Assembly (NCBI GenBank): GCA_963767925.1
Contig: CAVYGB010000010.1
Span: 1,216,001 to 1,280,000, forward strand
Origin: an uncultured delta proteobacterium
GTDB taxonomy: Bacteria; Myxococcota_A; Polyangia; Fen-1088
Direction of reading: 5' to 3'
DNA length: 64,000 bases
Positions within the stretch are counted from its first letter, which is position 1. Each line of letters opens with the position of its first letter. Position numbers and translations under genes: made by a program. Below the pieces are notes generated by a model. The model did not search any database, was not told where the DNA came from, and saw only the letters and a list, made by a program, of their open reading frames with translations. Positions 14,191-23,201 of the stretch are shown here, in pieces.

Positions 14191-15042
14191 ACCGAGCGCG
14201 GCGCGCAGGTGGGCGAGCAGGGCGGGGACCAGGGTGCCGGCGGGGCCGGGCAGGAAGGCGCCTCTCGCCGAGGCGCGGGCCAGGGTGGCGAAGGTGGTCT
14301 CCTCGGGGTCGAGAACCAGCAGGTCGATCCCGCGCGTGGCGGCGCGCGCGCACATGCGGGCGGGCAGGGAAGTCGCGCCGCTGGTCCCCACCACCACGAG
14401 GAGGGCGGCGCGCTCGAGGGCGGCGAGGGTGCTCTGGTAGCGAAAGCGGGCCTCGTCGTAGCTCTCGTCGAACCACAGGACGTGGGGGCGCAGCCAGGCG
14501 CCGCAGCCGCAGCGCAGGTGGCGCCGGTCGGGGTCGGTCAGCGCCCGGTCCCGGTCCCAGGCGGCGTCGATCGCCGCTGGCAGGGGGCGCGGCGTCTCCC
14601 CGGCGGGGCAGTCGTCGACGCAGCGGCAGAAGTCGATGTTGCCGTGGATCTGGTAGGTGCGCGCAAGCGACTGCCCCGCGCGCAGGTGCAGCCCATCGAC
14701 GTTCTGGGTGACAAGCAGGAAGCGGTCGCCCAGCAGCGCTTCGGCCTCGACCAGGGCGGCGTGGGCCGGGTTGGGCCGGGCCGCCCGGCACACCGAGCGC
14801 CGGTAGAGGTACCAGCGCCACACCTCCTCCGGCATGTCGTCGAACGCACGGCGGGTGGCCAGTTCCATCGGCTGGTAGTTGCGCGATCCGACCTGCCAGT
14901 ACCCCTCCTCGCCCCGGAAGGTCGGCACCCCGCTCTCGGCCGAGATGCCCGCTCCGGTGAGAAACACGAGGGGGCCCGGCGCGCGCAGGCAGTCCGTCAG
15001 GGAGACGCCTTCGAGCGCGGAGTCGCCGGGAGCGCGGCCCAT
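14137..15042 (-). CDS. NAD-dependent protein deacylase (Sir2/CobB family)
   Basis: LTGAGISAESGVPTFRG, PNPAH, TQNVDGLH, HG, LRPHVLWFDE and VGTSG motifs. Confidence 0.93.
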   Translation of the reverse strand: MGRAPGDSALEGVSLTDCLRAPGPLVFLTGAGISAESGVPTFRGEEGYWQVGSRNYQPMELATRRAFDDMPEEVWRWYLYRRSVCRAARPNPAHAALVEAEALLGDRFLLVTQNVDGLHLRAGQSLARTYQIHGNIDFCRCVDDCPAGETPRPLPAAIDAAWDRDRALTDPDRRHLRCGCGAWLRPHVLWFDESYDEARFRYQSTLAALERAALLVVVGTSGATSLPARMCARAATRGIDLLVLDPEETTFATLARASARGAFLPGPAGTLVPALLAHLRAALGRRSIASPTPWASTKPRS

Positions 15043-15094
15043 CGGGGCAAGGTTAGCGCAGCGTCAGCCCAAGTTCAGCGCACGTCCGCGCGCC

Positions 15095-15694
15095 TCAGGC
15101 GCGCCGGAAGATCAGGGTCTGGTTGTTGGCGGGCATCGGCACCCGCTCCTCGAGCGCGAGGCCATAGGTCGCGGCCAGCGCGACGACCGTCTCCAGATCC
15201 CGCACGCCCCAGCGGGGATCGCGCTGGCGCAGGTCGGCGTCGAAGGCGGCGTTGCTGGGGGCGGTGTGGGCGCCGTCGATGCGGAAGGGGCCGTACAGGA
15301 TCAGGACCCCGCCGGGGACGAGGGCGGCGCCGGCGCCGCGCAGGAGGCCCTCGGTCGCGGCCTCGGGCGAGATGTGGATCAGGTTGGCGTTGAAGATCGC
15401 CTCCACCTTCGCCACTGGCCAGGGCTGCTCGGTGACGTCGAGGTGCAGCGGCGGGCGCAGGTTGGCCAGGCCGGCCTCGGCGCTCCAGGCGGCGATCGAG
15501 TCGAGCGCGCCCGGGTCCCGGTCGCTCGGCTGCCAGATCAGGCCCGGGAGCTGCTGGGCGAACCAGACGGCGTGTTCGCCGGTGCCGCTCGCGATCTCGA
15601 GCAGCGTGCCCGAAGGCGGCAGGACCCGCTGCAGGACCTGCCAGATGGGGTCGCGGTTGCGGGCGGTGGCGGGGGCGTGTTGCCGGGGGGACAT
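15095..15694 (-). CDS. DUF938 SAM-dependent methyltransferase
   Basis: APATARNRDPI, LEIASGTGEH, WQPSD, LYGPF, SNAAFD and MPANN motifs. Confidence 0.92.
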   Translation of the reverse strand: MSPRQHAPATARNRDPIWQVLQRVLPPSGTLLEIASGTGEHAVWFAQQLPGLIWQPSDRDPGALDSIAAWSAEAGLANLRPPLHLDVTEQPWPVAKVEAIFNANLIHISPEAATEGLLRGAGAALVPGGVLILYGPFRIDGAHTAPSNAAFDADLRQRDPRWGVRDLETVVALAATYGLALEERVPMPANNQTLIFRRA

Positions 15695-15701
15695 GGGGGC
15701 C

Positions 15702-17831
15702 TCACTCGTGGTGTACGACGACAAGGGTCTCGACCCGCTTCAGGATCGCCTCCAGCACCGCGGCGGCCGTCTCGCCGTCGACCGCGGCCAGCGCCTCGTC
15801 GAGGACGTGCAGATCGGACTGCTGCAACAGGGCCCGGGCCACGAAGACCCGGCTCTGCTCGCCCTGGGAGAGCTGCCAGCCGCTGTCGCCGACGAGCTGG
15901 GCGATCCCGGCCGGCATCTTGTCGAGGACGGCGCCCAGGCCCAGGGCCCGGCAGACCTCGTCGGCGGCCTTGACGTCGGCGATGAGGGGCGGCCAGCGGC
16001 GGCCCAGCAGCAGGTTGAACAGCAGCGGGGCCGACATCATGTGGTTCTCGTGGAACTGGGGCACCAGCGCCACCTGCTGCCGCCAGGCGGTCAACCCCAG
16101 GCTGTGGTGGTCGATCCCCCGGTAGAGCAACACGCCGGCGCTGGGGGTGCGCAGGCCCGTCAGGAGGGCGGCGAGGGTCGACTTGCCGCTGCCCGAGGGC
16201 CCCTGCACGAGGACGCGGTCGCCCCGCCGGATCTCGAAGCTCGAGTCGGCGAGCACCGGCTCGCTGCGGCCGGCGTGCCGGAACTCGATCCGGTGGGCAA
16301 CGAGGGAGGGCCGCTCGCTGCCCCGGTCGGGCAGGCCCACCGCCTCGGCGGCGGCGATCGAGGGCGGCCGCTCCTGGCGGGCGGCCGCCTGGAAGATCTC
16401 GCGGGTGCGGGCCAGCGCCACCGCCGCCCCCGCCAGCACCGAGGTGACCGAGGCCAGCCGCCGGAACGAGACGTACCCCAGCAGCAGCCCGCCGAGGCCG
16501 ATGGCGGCCGGCCCGCCGGCGAGCTGTCCGGGGATCAGCAGGGCGCCCAGCAGGCATAACCCCAGCACCAGCCAGCCCCGGGGGGCCACCGCCTGCAGGA
16601 GGGCCAGCCGGTCGTGCAGCCGCGCGCCCGAGCGTTCGTATTCCAGCAGGGCGTGGTCCTCGCCCCGGTGCCGCTGCTCCGGGGAGAGCTGGGCCAGCAC
16701 CGTGCGGTGGCCGAGGATCTTCTCGCACAGCTCGTGGGTCAGCGACAGCCGGTCGGCGGTCCAGGCCTCGAGCGCCCGCCAGTACCAGGCCACCAGCAGC
16801 ACCATCCCGGCCAGCCCCAGCCCACCGAGCAGGAGGGCGGGCGCCCAGCCCACCGCCAGCGCGAGCAGGCCGGTCGCCATGACGAGCTGGATCGCCGACA
16901 TGATGGCGGGGTGGCCCCCGCCCCGGGCCAGCGTCTCCATCGCCTCGACCTCCAGGACGGCGCCGAACCAGTGGCCCAGGCCGTGCCGGCGCACCTGCTC
17001 GAGATCGAGGTGCAAGATCCCCTCGAGCAGGCGCTCGCGCATCAGCGCCCCCAGGTAGACCGCCAGCTCGCCCACCGCGAGCTGGGCCCAGGCCCGCAGG
17101 CTGACCAGGGTGGCGAGCACGAGCACCCAGGCCCACAGCCAGGCCGGCTGCACCCGCCCCTGCAGGAGCGAGCCGCCCACCAGCCACCAGCCGGCGAGGA
17201 ACAGCAGCAGGTGCCCCACGCTGCCGGCGAGGGCCACCGCGATCAGGCGGCCGGCGCCCACCCGGCGCAGCCGATCGCGAAAGCCGGTCCCCGCCGGGTC
17301 GAGCAGCCAGGTGGTCAGCGGCGCCGGCGGGGTGCCGTGCCCGCGCGCCAGCACCGCCGCCACCCGGGCGGCCGGCTCCGGCGGCAGGCCGAGCTCGCCC
17401 TCCCGCGCGTCGAGCGGGCGCCGGGCGCCGTCTCCGGCGGGCGGGGCGGCCAGCCGGTCGAGCGACTGCAGGAAGGCCGCCGGGCAGCCCACCCAGCGGC
17501 CGGGGGCCACGAAGGTGGCGAGCGGCTGGCCGGGGCGGGCGGGCGCCAGCGACCGGCGCAGCACGAGGACCCGATCGGGCCCGGGCAGCGCCACGACCAC
17601 GACACCCCGGCGCGGGACCAGCTCCACCAGATCTTCGACCGGGGTCAGCAACGGATCGGCGCGCAGGCCGACCGCGTGGGCGCTGGCCTCGAGCCAGAGG
17701 GAAAAGCCGCTGGCGAAGGCCGGCACGGCGCCGGCGGCCGCCCCGCGCCCGTACAGCGCCTCGATCACCTCGGGCAGGCGCGCGCGCGGCCAGGACAGAG
17801 CGAACAGCGACTCGCCGACCGGGGTGGCCAT
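15702..17831 (-). CDS. ABC exporter subunit (TMD+NBD) with non-catalytic N-terminal domain
   Basis: TM helices, GPSGSGKS, deviant signature LSQGEQ, VLDE; start overlaps the upstream ABC stop. Confidence 0.88.
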   Translation of the reverse strand: MATPVGESLFALSWPRARLPEVIEALYGRGAAAGAVPAFASGFSLWLEASAHAVGLRADPLLTPVEDLVELVPRRGVVVVALPGPDRVLVLRRSLAPARPGQPLATFVAPGRWVGCPAAFLQSLDRLAAPPAGDGARRPLDAREGELGLPPEPAARVAAVLARGHGTPPAPLTTWLLDPAGTGFRDRLRRVGAGRLIAVALAGSVGHLLLFLAGWWLVGGSLLQGRVQPAWLWAWVLVLATLVSLRAWAQLAVGELAVYLGALMRERLLEGILHLDLEQVRRHGLGHWFGAVLEVEAMETLARGGGHPAIMSAIQLVMATGLLALAVGWAPALLLGGLGLAGMVLLVAWYWRALEAWTADRLSLTHELCEKILGHRTVLAQLSPEQRHRGEDHALLEYERSGARLHDRLALLQAVAPRGWLVLGLCLLGALLIPGQLAGGPAAIGLGGLLLGYVSFRRLASVTSVLAGAAVALARTREIFQAAARQERPPSIAAAEAVGLPDRGSERPSLVAHRIEFRHAGRSEPVLADSSFEIRRGDRVLVQGPSGSGKSTLAALLTGLRTPSAGVLLYRGIDHHSLGLTAWRQQVALVPQFHENHMMSAPLLFNLLLGRRWPPLIADVKAADEVCRALGLGAVLDKMPAGIAQLVGDSGWQLSQGEQSRVFVARALLQQSDLHVLDEALAAVDGETAAAVLEAILKRVETLVVVHHE

Positions 17832-20539
17832 CAGCGCCCGGTGCCCCCGGCCTCGTCGCGCCCGGCGGTGACCTTGCGGCCCGAGACCCGCAAGGTCGCC
17901 GAGGTGACCGCCCGCAGGCGCTCGGCCATCGCCGTCCCGGCGTCGACCATGGCCCGCAGGCGCGAGTCGGGTCGGGCCAGCAGGGCGGCGGGCGGGCCGT
18001 CCTCGACAACCCGGCCGCCGTCGACCACGAGGAGCCGCGGGAACGAGGCCGCCTCCTGCAGATCGTGGGTGGCATAGAGGAGGGTCGCGCGGGCGAAGCG
18101 CTGGCGGGCCCGGGCCAGCAGGCGCGCGCGCCGGTCGCGCTCGAGGCCCCGGAAGGCCTCGTCGAGCAGGACCAGGCGCGCCCCCCGCCGGTGCAGGGCG
18201 CGGCCGAAGCGGACCCGCTGCCCCTCCCCGCCCGACAGCAGCCGGCCCCCCTCGCCCAGCCCGGTGGCGAACCCCTGCGGCAGCCGGGCGAGCACCTCGG
18301 CCAGCTCGGCGTCCTCCACCAGGCCGCCCGGGTCGGCGTCGGCGGGCCCGCCGAAGCGCAGGTTGTCGAGCAAGCCCTGGTTCCAGAGCTGCACGCCCGG
18401 CTCGGACCAGGCCATCTGCGGGCGCAGCCGCTCGAGCGCCGCCGCCGTGAGCGGCTGGCCGTCGACCCGCACCACGCCCTCGGTCGGATCGACCCAGCCC
18501 AGCAGCAGCCCGAACAGACTGGACTTGCCCGCCCCCGAGGGCCCCACCACCGCCAGGTGCTCGCCGGCCCGGATCTCCAGCGCCGGCAGCTCGAGCAAGG
18601 TCCGCCCCGCCACCTCCGCCCGCACGCCCGACAGCGACAGGGCCACCCCCGCCGTGACATCGGCGGGGCCCGGGCCCGAAGGCGCGCCGTTGCCCAGATC
18701 CACCTCGGGCGCGCTCAGCGGCTCGAGCAAGCGCAAGGTGACGTTGCGCTGGGCCGGCAGCTGCTGCACCAGGAAGGCGATCTCCCGGCCGATCTCGGGC
18801 AGCGACATCGACCAGTAGATGATCAGCAGGGCCCAGCCGGAGGTGCCCGACGCGAGGTAGTCGAGCAGCAGCACCGCCGAGAGGGTCGACCCCACCAGCA
18901 AGGTCGCCGTCTCGGCCGCCACCGCGGTCCCCAGGGCCGAGCGGGCCGAGCGGGCCCACTCGATCAGCCGGTCGTCGTGGTCGCGCAGGATCGGGCGGGA
19001 GGCGCCGTGAGCGCGCAGCGCGGTCAGCCCCTGGAGGGCGTCGAGGTAGTAGCGGGCCAGGGCGCCGGCGTGGGTGCGCAGGCGCAGGTCGGCCTCGCCG
19101 AGGGCCGGCTGGAACAGCCAGGGCACCGCCACGATCGACGCCGCCGCCAGCAGGGTCCAGCCCACCCCGCCCGGGTGCAGCCAGCACAGGCCCACCACCG
19201 TGGCAACGAGCTGGGCCGCCGCGAAGAACAGGTTGCCCGCCAGCGGCGGCAACAGGGACAGCCGGTGGCCGAGGTGGGCCCGCTCGATCATGTCGGAGGC
19301 CGGCCGGCTGCGAAAGTAGCCGTCGGCCAGCCGGGGGATCTTGCGCAGGTACTCCCGGCGCATGCGCAGCTCGAGCCGCCGCCCGCTGCCCCACAGCGAG
19401 CGGATGGCCGTCCAGTCGATCAGCCCGACGGTGGCGATGAGGATCAGCAGCGCGCCGAGGGCCAGCAGCCGCTGCCGGAACTCGCCCAGGTAGGTGCCCA
19501 GGTCCACCAGGCTCCGCAGCAACAGGGCCTCGGCCACGGTGGCGACGCCGACGACCGCCAGCAGGGCGGCCGCTCCCACCAGCGTCGTCCAGCCGTCGGC
19601 GCGCAGCAGCCGCCAGAGCTGGCGGGCGGGGCGCTCCCGATCGGCGGCGAGGGCGGCGGCCAGCGCGGGGACCGGCTTGCCCGGCTGCCCCTCGACCTCG
19701 CCGACGCCTTCACCTTCGCGCTTCACCGCCCCGGCCGGGGCCTGCACCCCCCGCACCTGCAGGATGACCGCGCCGCGCACGGCGACCTCGTCGCTGCCGG
19801 CGGGGCCCGGGCGCGCGGTCCACCAGCGCTCGCCCACGAGATCGTTGGGCCGCTGGCCGGCGGCGCGGGTGTGGGCCCAGAGCCGTTCCCACAGCGCCCG
19901 CCGCTGGGCGCTGCCCAGGTCCACCTCGCGGGCGGCGGTCTCGACGGCGCGGGTGACCCCGTCGAGGGCCGCCCAGGTCGTCCAGTCCTCGGCGGCGGCG
20001 GGGGAGCAGACCTCCGCGGTCCGGCCCGCGCCGAGGAGGTCCGCGAGGCGGTGGCGCAAGGGATCCCGGAAGGGAGGAGTGGCCGTCACCTCGGCCAGCG
20101 CCGCGGCGGGCACCGCCGTCTCGTGGATGTAGAGGTCGCGCAGCAGCGTCGCCGGGCGCATCCAGCGCCGCCCCTTGGCCGGATCGGACACCTGCACGAA
20201 GGGGCCGACCCGGCGCCAGATCACGAGGAAGTGCAACATGCGCGAGGCCTGCAGCACCACCGCCAGCGCCGGCAGGGCGTCCGCGGCCGGATCGAGCAGG
20301 TGCTCGCCCGGCAGCAGGACCTGCTCGGCCTCCAGCCCCAGCATCCCGGCCACCTCCCCGAGCGTGTCGATCGAGGTGCCGTCGACGCTGGTGTGGCAGG
20401 CCTCGCGCAGGCGCCCGTAGCTGACCGGGACCCCGAAGCCCTCGAGCAGGATCTTCAGGGCGGCCGGACCGCAGTCCATCGCCGAGGTCTGCACCACCTC
20501 CGGCGCCAGGAACCGGCGCTTGCCCGGGCCCTCGCTCAC
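17831..20539 (-). CDS. Peptidase C39-containing ABC transporter (PCAT)
   Basis: N-terminal QTSAMDCGPAAL...HFLV...DPA catalytic residues, TMD, GPSGAGKS, LSGGEGQR, LLDE. Confidence 0.92.
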   Translation of the reverse strand: MSEGPGKRRFLAPEVVQTSAMDCGPAALKILLEGFGVPVSYGRLREACHTSVDGTSIDTLGEVAGMLGLEAEQVLLPGEHLLDPAADALPALAVVLQASRMLHFLVIWRRVGPFVQVSDPAKGRRWMRPATLLRDLYIHETAVPAAALAEVTATPPFRDPLRHRLADLLGAGRTAEVCSPAAAEDWTTWAALDGVTRAVETAAREVDLGSAQRRALWERLWAHTRAAGQRPNDLVGERWWTARPGPAGSDEVAVRGAVILQVRGVQAPAGAVKREGEGVGEVEGQPGKPVPALAAALAADRERPARQLWRLLRADGWTTLVGAAALLAVVGVATVAEALLLRSLVDLGTYLGEFRQRLLALGALLILIATVGLIDWTAIRSLWGSGRRLELRMRREYLRKIPRLADGYFRSRPASDMIERAHLGHRLSLLPPLAGNLFFAAAQLVATVVGLCWLHPGGVGWTLLAAASIVAVPWLFQPALGEADLRLRTHAGALARYYLDALQGLTALRAHGASRPILRDHDDRLIEWARSARSALGTAVAAETATLLVGSTLSAVLLLDYLASGTSGWALLIIYWSMSLPEIGREIAFLVQQLPAQRNVTLRLLEPLSAPEVDLGNGAPSGPGPADVTAGVALSLSGVRAEVAGRTLLELPALEIRAGEHLAVVGPSGAGKSSLFGLLLGWVDPTEGVVRVDGQPLTAAALERLRPQMAWSEPGVQLWNQGLLDNLRFGGPADADPGGLVEDAELAEVLARLPQGFATGLGEGGRLLSGGEGQRVRFGRALHRRGARLVLLDEAFRGLERDRRARLLARARQRFARATLLYATHDLQEAASFPRLLVVDGGRVVEDGPPAALLARPDSRLRAMVDAGTAMAERLRAVTSATLRVSGRKVTAGRDEAGGTGR

Positions 20540-21717
20540 CGGGCCTGGTCCTCGACTACCGCGCCGGTGTGGTCCCGCCGGTCGAGGAAGCGGCCGGCGG
20601 CGTCGAGCAGCAGCGAGGCCGGCGAGAGGTGATCCACCTCGACCTCCACCAGGCCGGCCAGGCCGTGCTGGACCGGGATGGGCAGCCCGGCCTCGGGGTT
20701 GGCCAGCGCCAGCTCGACCCGCACCAGCCCCTCGCTGGCCTCGTTGCCGACGCTGAGCACGCGCGTGTCGACCATGCCGAACTTGGTCCAGGGGAAGCCA
20801 TACAGGCGCAGGCGCCCCGGCTGCCCCGGGCGCACCCGGCCCACCGCCGCCGCCGCCTCGAAGCGGGCGGTCACTCGCAGCTCGCCGGGCGGGACCACCG
20901 TCGCCACCCGGGCCCCCTCCTTGAGGACGCTGCCGGGGCGGAGCGCATCCATGGCCCCCACCCGCCCCGCCACCGGGGCCCGGAGGGTGCGCAGCTCGAT
21001 CTCCCGCTCGTGCACCTTGCTGCGGGCCCGGGCCAGCACCTGGTCGGCCTCGAGCGCGCCGATCTGGGCCTCCAGCCGGGACAGCGAGGCCAGCCGCTCG
21101 GAGCGGCGGACCTGGTGCTCGCGGCCGATCCGCTCGATGCCGACCTCCTGGGCCTTGACCTCCTCGCGCAGGCGCTGGGCCTCGGCGAGGTAGCGGCTCG
21201 ACTCGAGCTGGGAGACGTATTGCCCCCTCGACAGCGATTCGATCTGATCGCTCTCCGCCGCCTTGAGCTGGGCCATGGCCTCCTCGGCCCGCTTGCGCGC
21301 GACGGCCTCGTTTTCGGTGGCCACCGCGACGTCGCTCTCGAAGGTCGCGCCGCGCACCCGCTCGGCCAGCTCCTTGCGGAGCGAGACGATCTGGGGGCCC
21401 AGGGTGTCGACCCGCTGCCGCTCGGCCGCCAGCAGCAAGCGCATCGGCTCGACGTCGAGCTCGACCAGCACGTCGCCCGCCGCCACCGTCTGCCCCATCA
21501 CCGCCCGCACCGCCACCACCGGCCCGGTCACCGGCGAGTCGACGTGGCTGGGCGCGGCGTCGACCTCCAGCCGGGCCTCGCGCGAGAGCGCATAGACCGA
21601 CACCCGGCTGCCGAAGAACCAGGCCCCCCAGAGCAGCAACAGGCCCCCGCCGAGCAGCACCGGGAGGCGCAGCTTCGGCCGCCGCCGCTCGAGCGCTGCC
21701 GCGAAGTCGGTGAACAC
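20536..21717 (-). CDS. HlyD-family membrane fusion protein (start uncertain)
   Basis: N-terminal TM, lipoyl half-motifs (VDSPVTG...GQTVAAGDVLVEL and LRAPVAGRV), long coiled coil, FPWTKFG. Confidence 0.88.
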   Translation of the reverse strand: MFTDFAAALERRRPKLRLPVLLGGGLLLLWGAWFFGSRVSVYALSREARLEVDAAPSHVDSPVTGPVVAVRAVMGQTVAAGDVLVELDVEPMRLLLAAERQRVDTLGPQIVSLRKELAERVRGATFESDVAVATENEAVARKRAEEAMAQLKAAESDQIESLSRGQYVSQLESSRYLAEAQRLREEVKAQEVGIERIGREHQVRRSERLASLSRLEAQIGALEADQVLARARSKVHEREIELRTLRAPVAGRVGAMDALRPGSVLKEGARVATVVPPGELRVTARFEAAAAVGRVRPGQPGRLRLYGFPWTKFGMVDTRVLSVGNEASEGLVRVELALANPEAGLPIPVQHGLAGLVEVEVDHLSPASLLLDAAGRFLDRRDHTGAVVEDQAR

Positions 21718-21823
21718 GTTGGTCGCCAGGAAGAGACGAAAGAGGACGAAGAGGGAGGTCGCAGATAAAAGGCGAGGGAGACGACGAGAAGGAGACCGGG
21801 AGGAGGTCAGGTTACCCGGGGTG

Positions 21824-22930
21824 TCACCGGGAGACCAGCTCCCGGCGCAGGCGGTCGAGGTTGCGCCGGCAGGCCATAGCATGAGGGTGACGGGCGCCCA
21901 CCGTGGCGGTGAAGATGCGCAGCGCGCGCGTCTGGGTGGCGACGGCTGCCCGGACCTGGCCACGCGCGGCGAGCACCACCGCCAGGTTGTTGAGGGAGAG
22001 GGCCAGCTCGGGGTGGCGGGGGCCCAGCAGCACCTCGTCGATGGCGAGGGCCCGGCGCATGTGCTGCTCGGCCTCGAGCAGGTCTCCCCGGTTGCGGTGG
22101 AGGGCCCCCAGGTTGGCCAGGGTCACCGAGACCTCGTAGCTGCGCGGACCGTAGCGCCGGAGGTGGTAGCGGAGGGCGCGGCGGTAGAGGCGCTCGGCTT
22201 CGGCCCGCTTGCCCAGCCCGTCGAGGATGGGGGCCAGGGCGGCCTCGTCGGCGACCAGGGCCGGATCCTGCGCTCCGGCGACGCGGCGGCGGAGCTGCAG
22301 GCCCCGCCGGGCGTGGGCCTCTGCCTCGGCCAGACGGCCGCGCGCGTGCTCGCTGCCGGCGAGGTTGTGGTACAGGCCGGCGAGCTCGACGGTGCGGTTG
22401 GCCGAGGTGGGCTGGCGCTGCACGATGAGGAGCGCGCGCCGGTAAAAAACCAGGGCAGCCGCGTAGCGGCCCTGGGCCTTGCGGAGCACGCCGAGGCCGT
22501 TGAGCGCGGCCGCCACCCGGCCTCGCCCTGGACCAGGGTGGCGCAGGGCCCAGCGCAGAACGGCGGTGCCGGTGCGCTCGGCGGCGGCGTGGTGGCCGCG
22601 GGTCCGGCTGACGCTGGCGCCCGCCAGGCGGACCCGCAGGTAGAGGTCCTGGATGTCGGCGGGAGTGGTGGGACGGTCGGCCTGGGCGGCCAGGCGGCGG
22701 CCGGCGGCCTGCAGCAGGGTAGCCGCGGTCTCGAGGTCGCCGCGCAGCTCGGCGAGCTCGGCCCACTCGGCCTCGGCGTGGGCGGCGTTGGCGCTGCGGG
22801 CCCCCTCGGCGGCGACGAACCGGCGGGCGGCCTGGCGGAAGGCAGCGGCGGCTGCGGGCAGGTCCCCCCGGGCGCGGGCGCGGCTCCCCGCGTGGTGCGC
22901 GGCCGCGGCCTCGGCCACCTGACCACGCAC
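21824..22930 (-). CDS. Tetratricopeptide repeat protein (TPR_10/12 type; start uncertain)
   Basis: Repeats such as ALNGLGVL...YRRAL, YHNLAG, LANLGAL and HPELALSLNNLAVVL. Confidence 0.85.
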   Translation of the reverse strand: MRGQVAEAAAAHHAGSRARARGDLPAAAAAFRQAARRFVAAEGARSANAAHAEAEWAELAELRGDLETAATLLQAAGRRLAAQADRPTTPADIQDLYLRVRLAGASVSRTRGHHAAAERTGTAVLRWALRHPGPGRGRVAAALNGLGVLRKAQGRYAAALVFYRRALLIVQRQPTSANRTVELAGLYHNLAGSEHARGRLAEAEAHARRGLQLRRRVAGAQDPALVADEAALAPILDGLGKRAEAERLYRRALRYHLRRYGPRSYEVSVTLANLGALHRNRGDLLEAEQHMRRALAIDEVLLGPRHPELALSLNNLAVVLAARGQVRAAVATQTRALRIFTATVGARHPHAMACRRNLDRLRRELVSR

Positions 22931-23201
22931 CTTGGCTCGGGAACGCACGCCGCCCGATAGTAGACCACCTCCGCCCCGGCGCGGACCGATGTGACCGCCC
23001 GGCCCAGCGCGGACCCGTTGCGACGGGCGCAACGCCGCCTGTTGTCGCGCAGGCAACGCCCGGCGGTGGCCGGGGGCGGCCGACGCCGCGTGTGCGCGCG
23101 GCCGGGAGCGGAAGCCAGCGTCGGGAAAGGGAGAATGCTCCGCATTATGATTTGTAATTTAACTCACTTCTATTTGCACGATAGATGCACTCGAGAGGGG
23201 C

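Noticed and set aside
23172..23190. Sigma54 promoter TTGCACGATAGATGCA
   Set aside because: It lacks the invariant GG at -24 and would place the TSS almost on the start codon.
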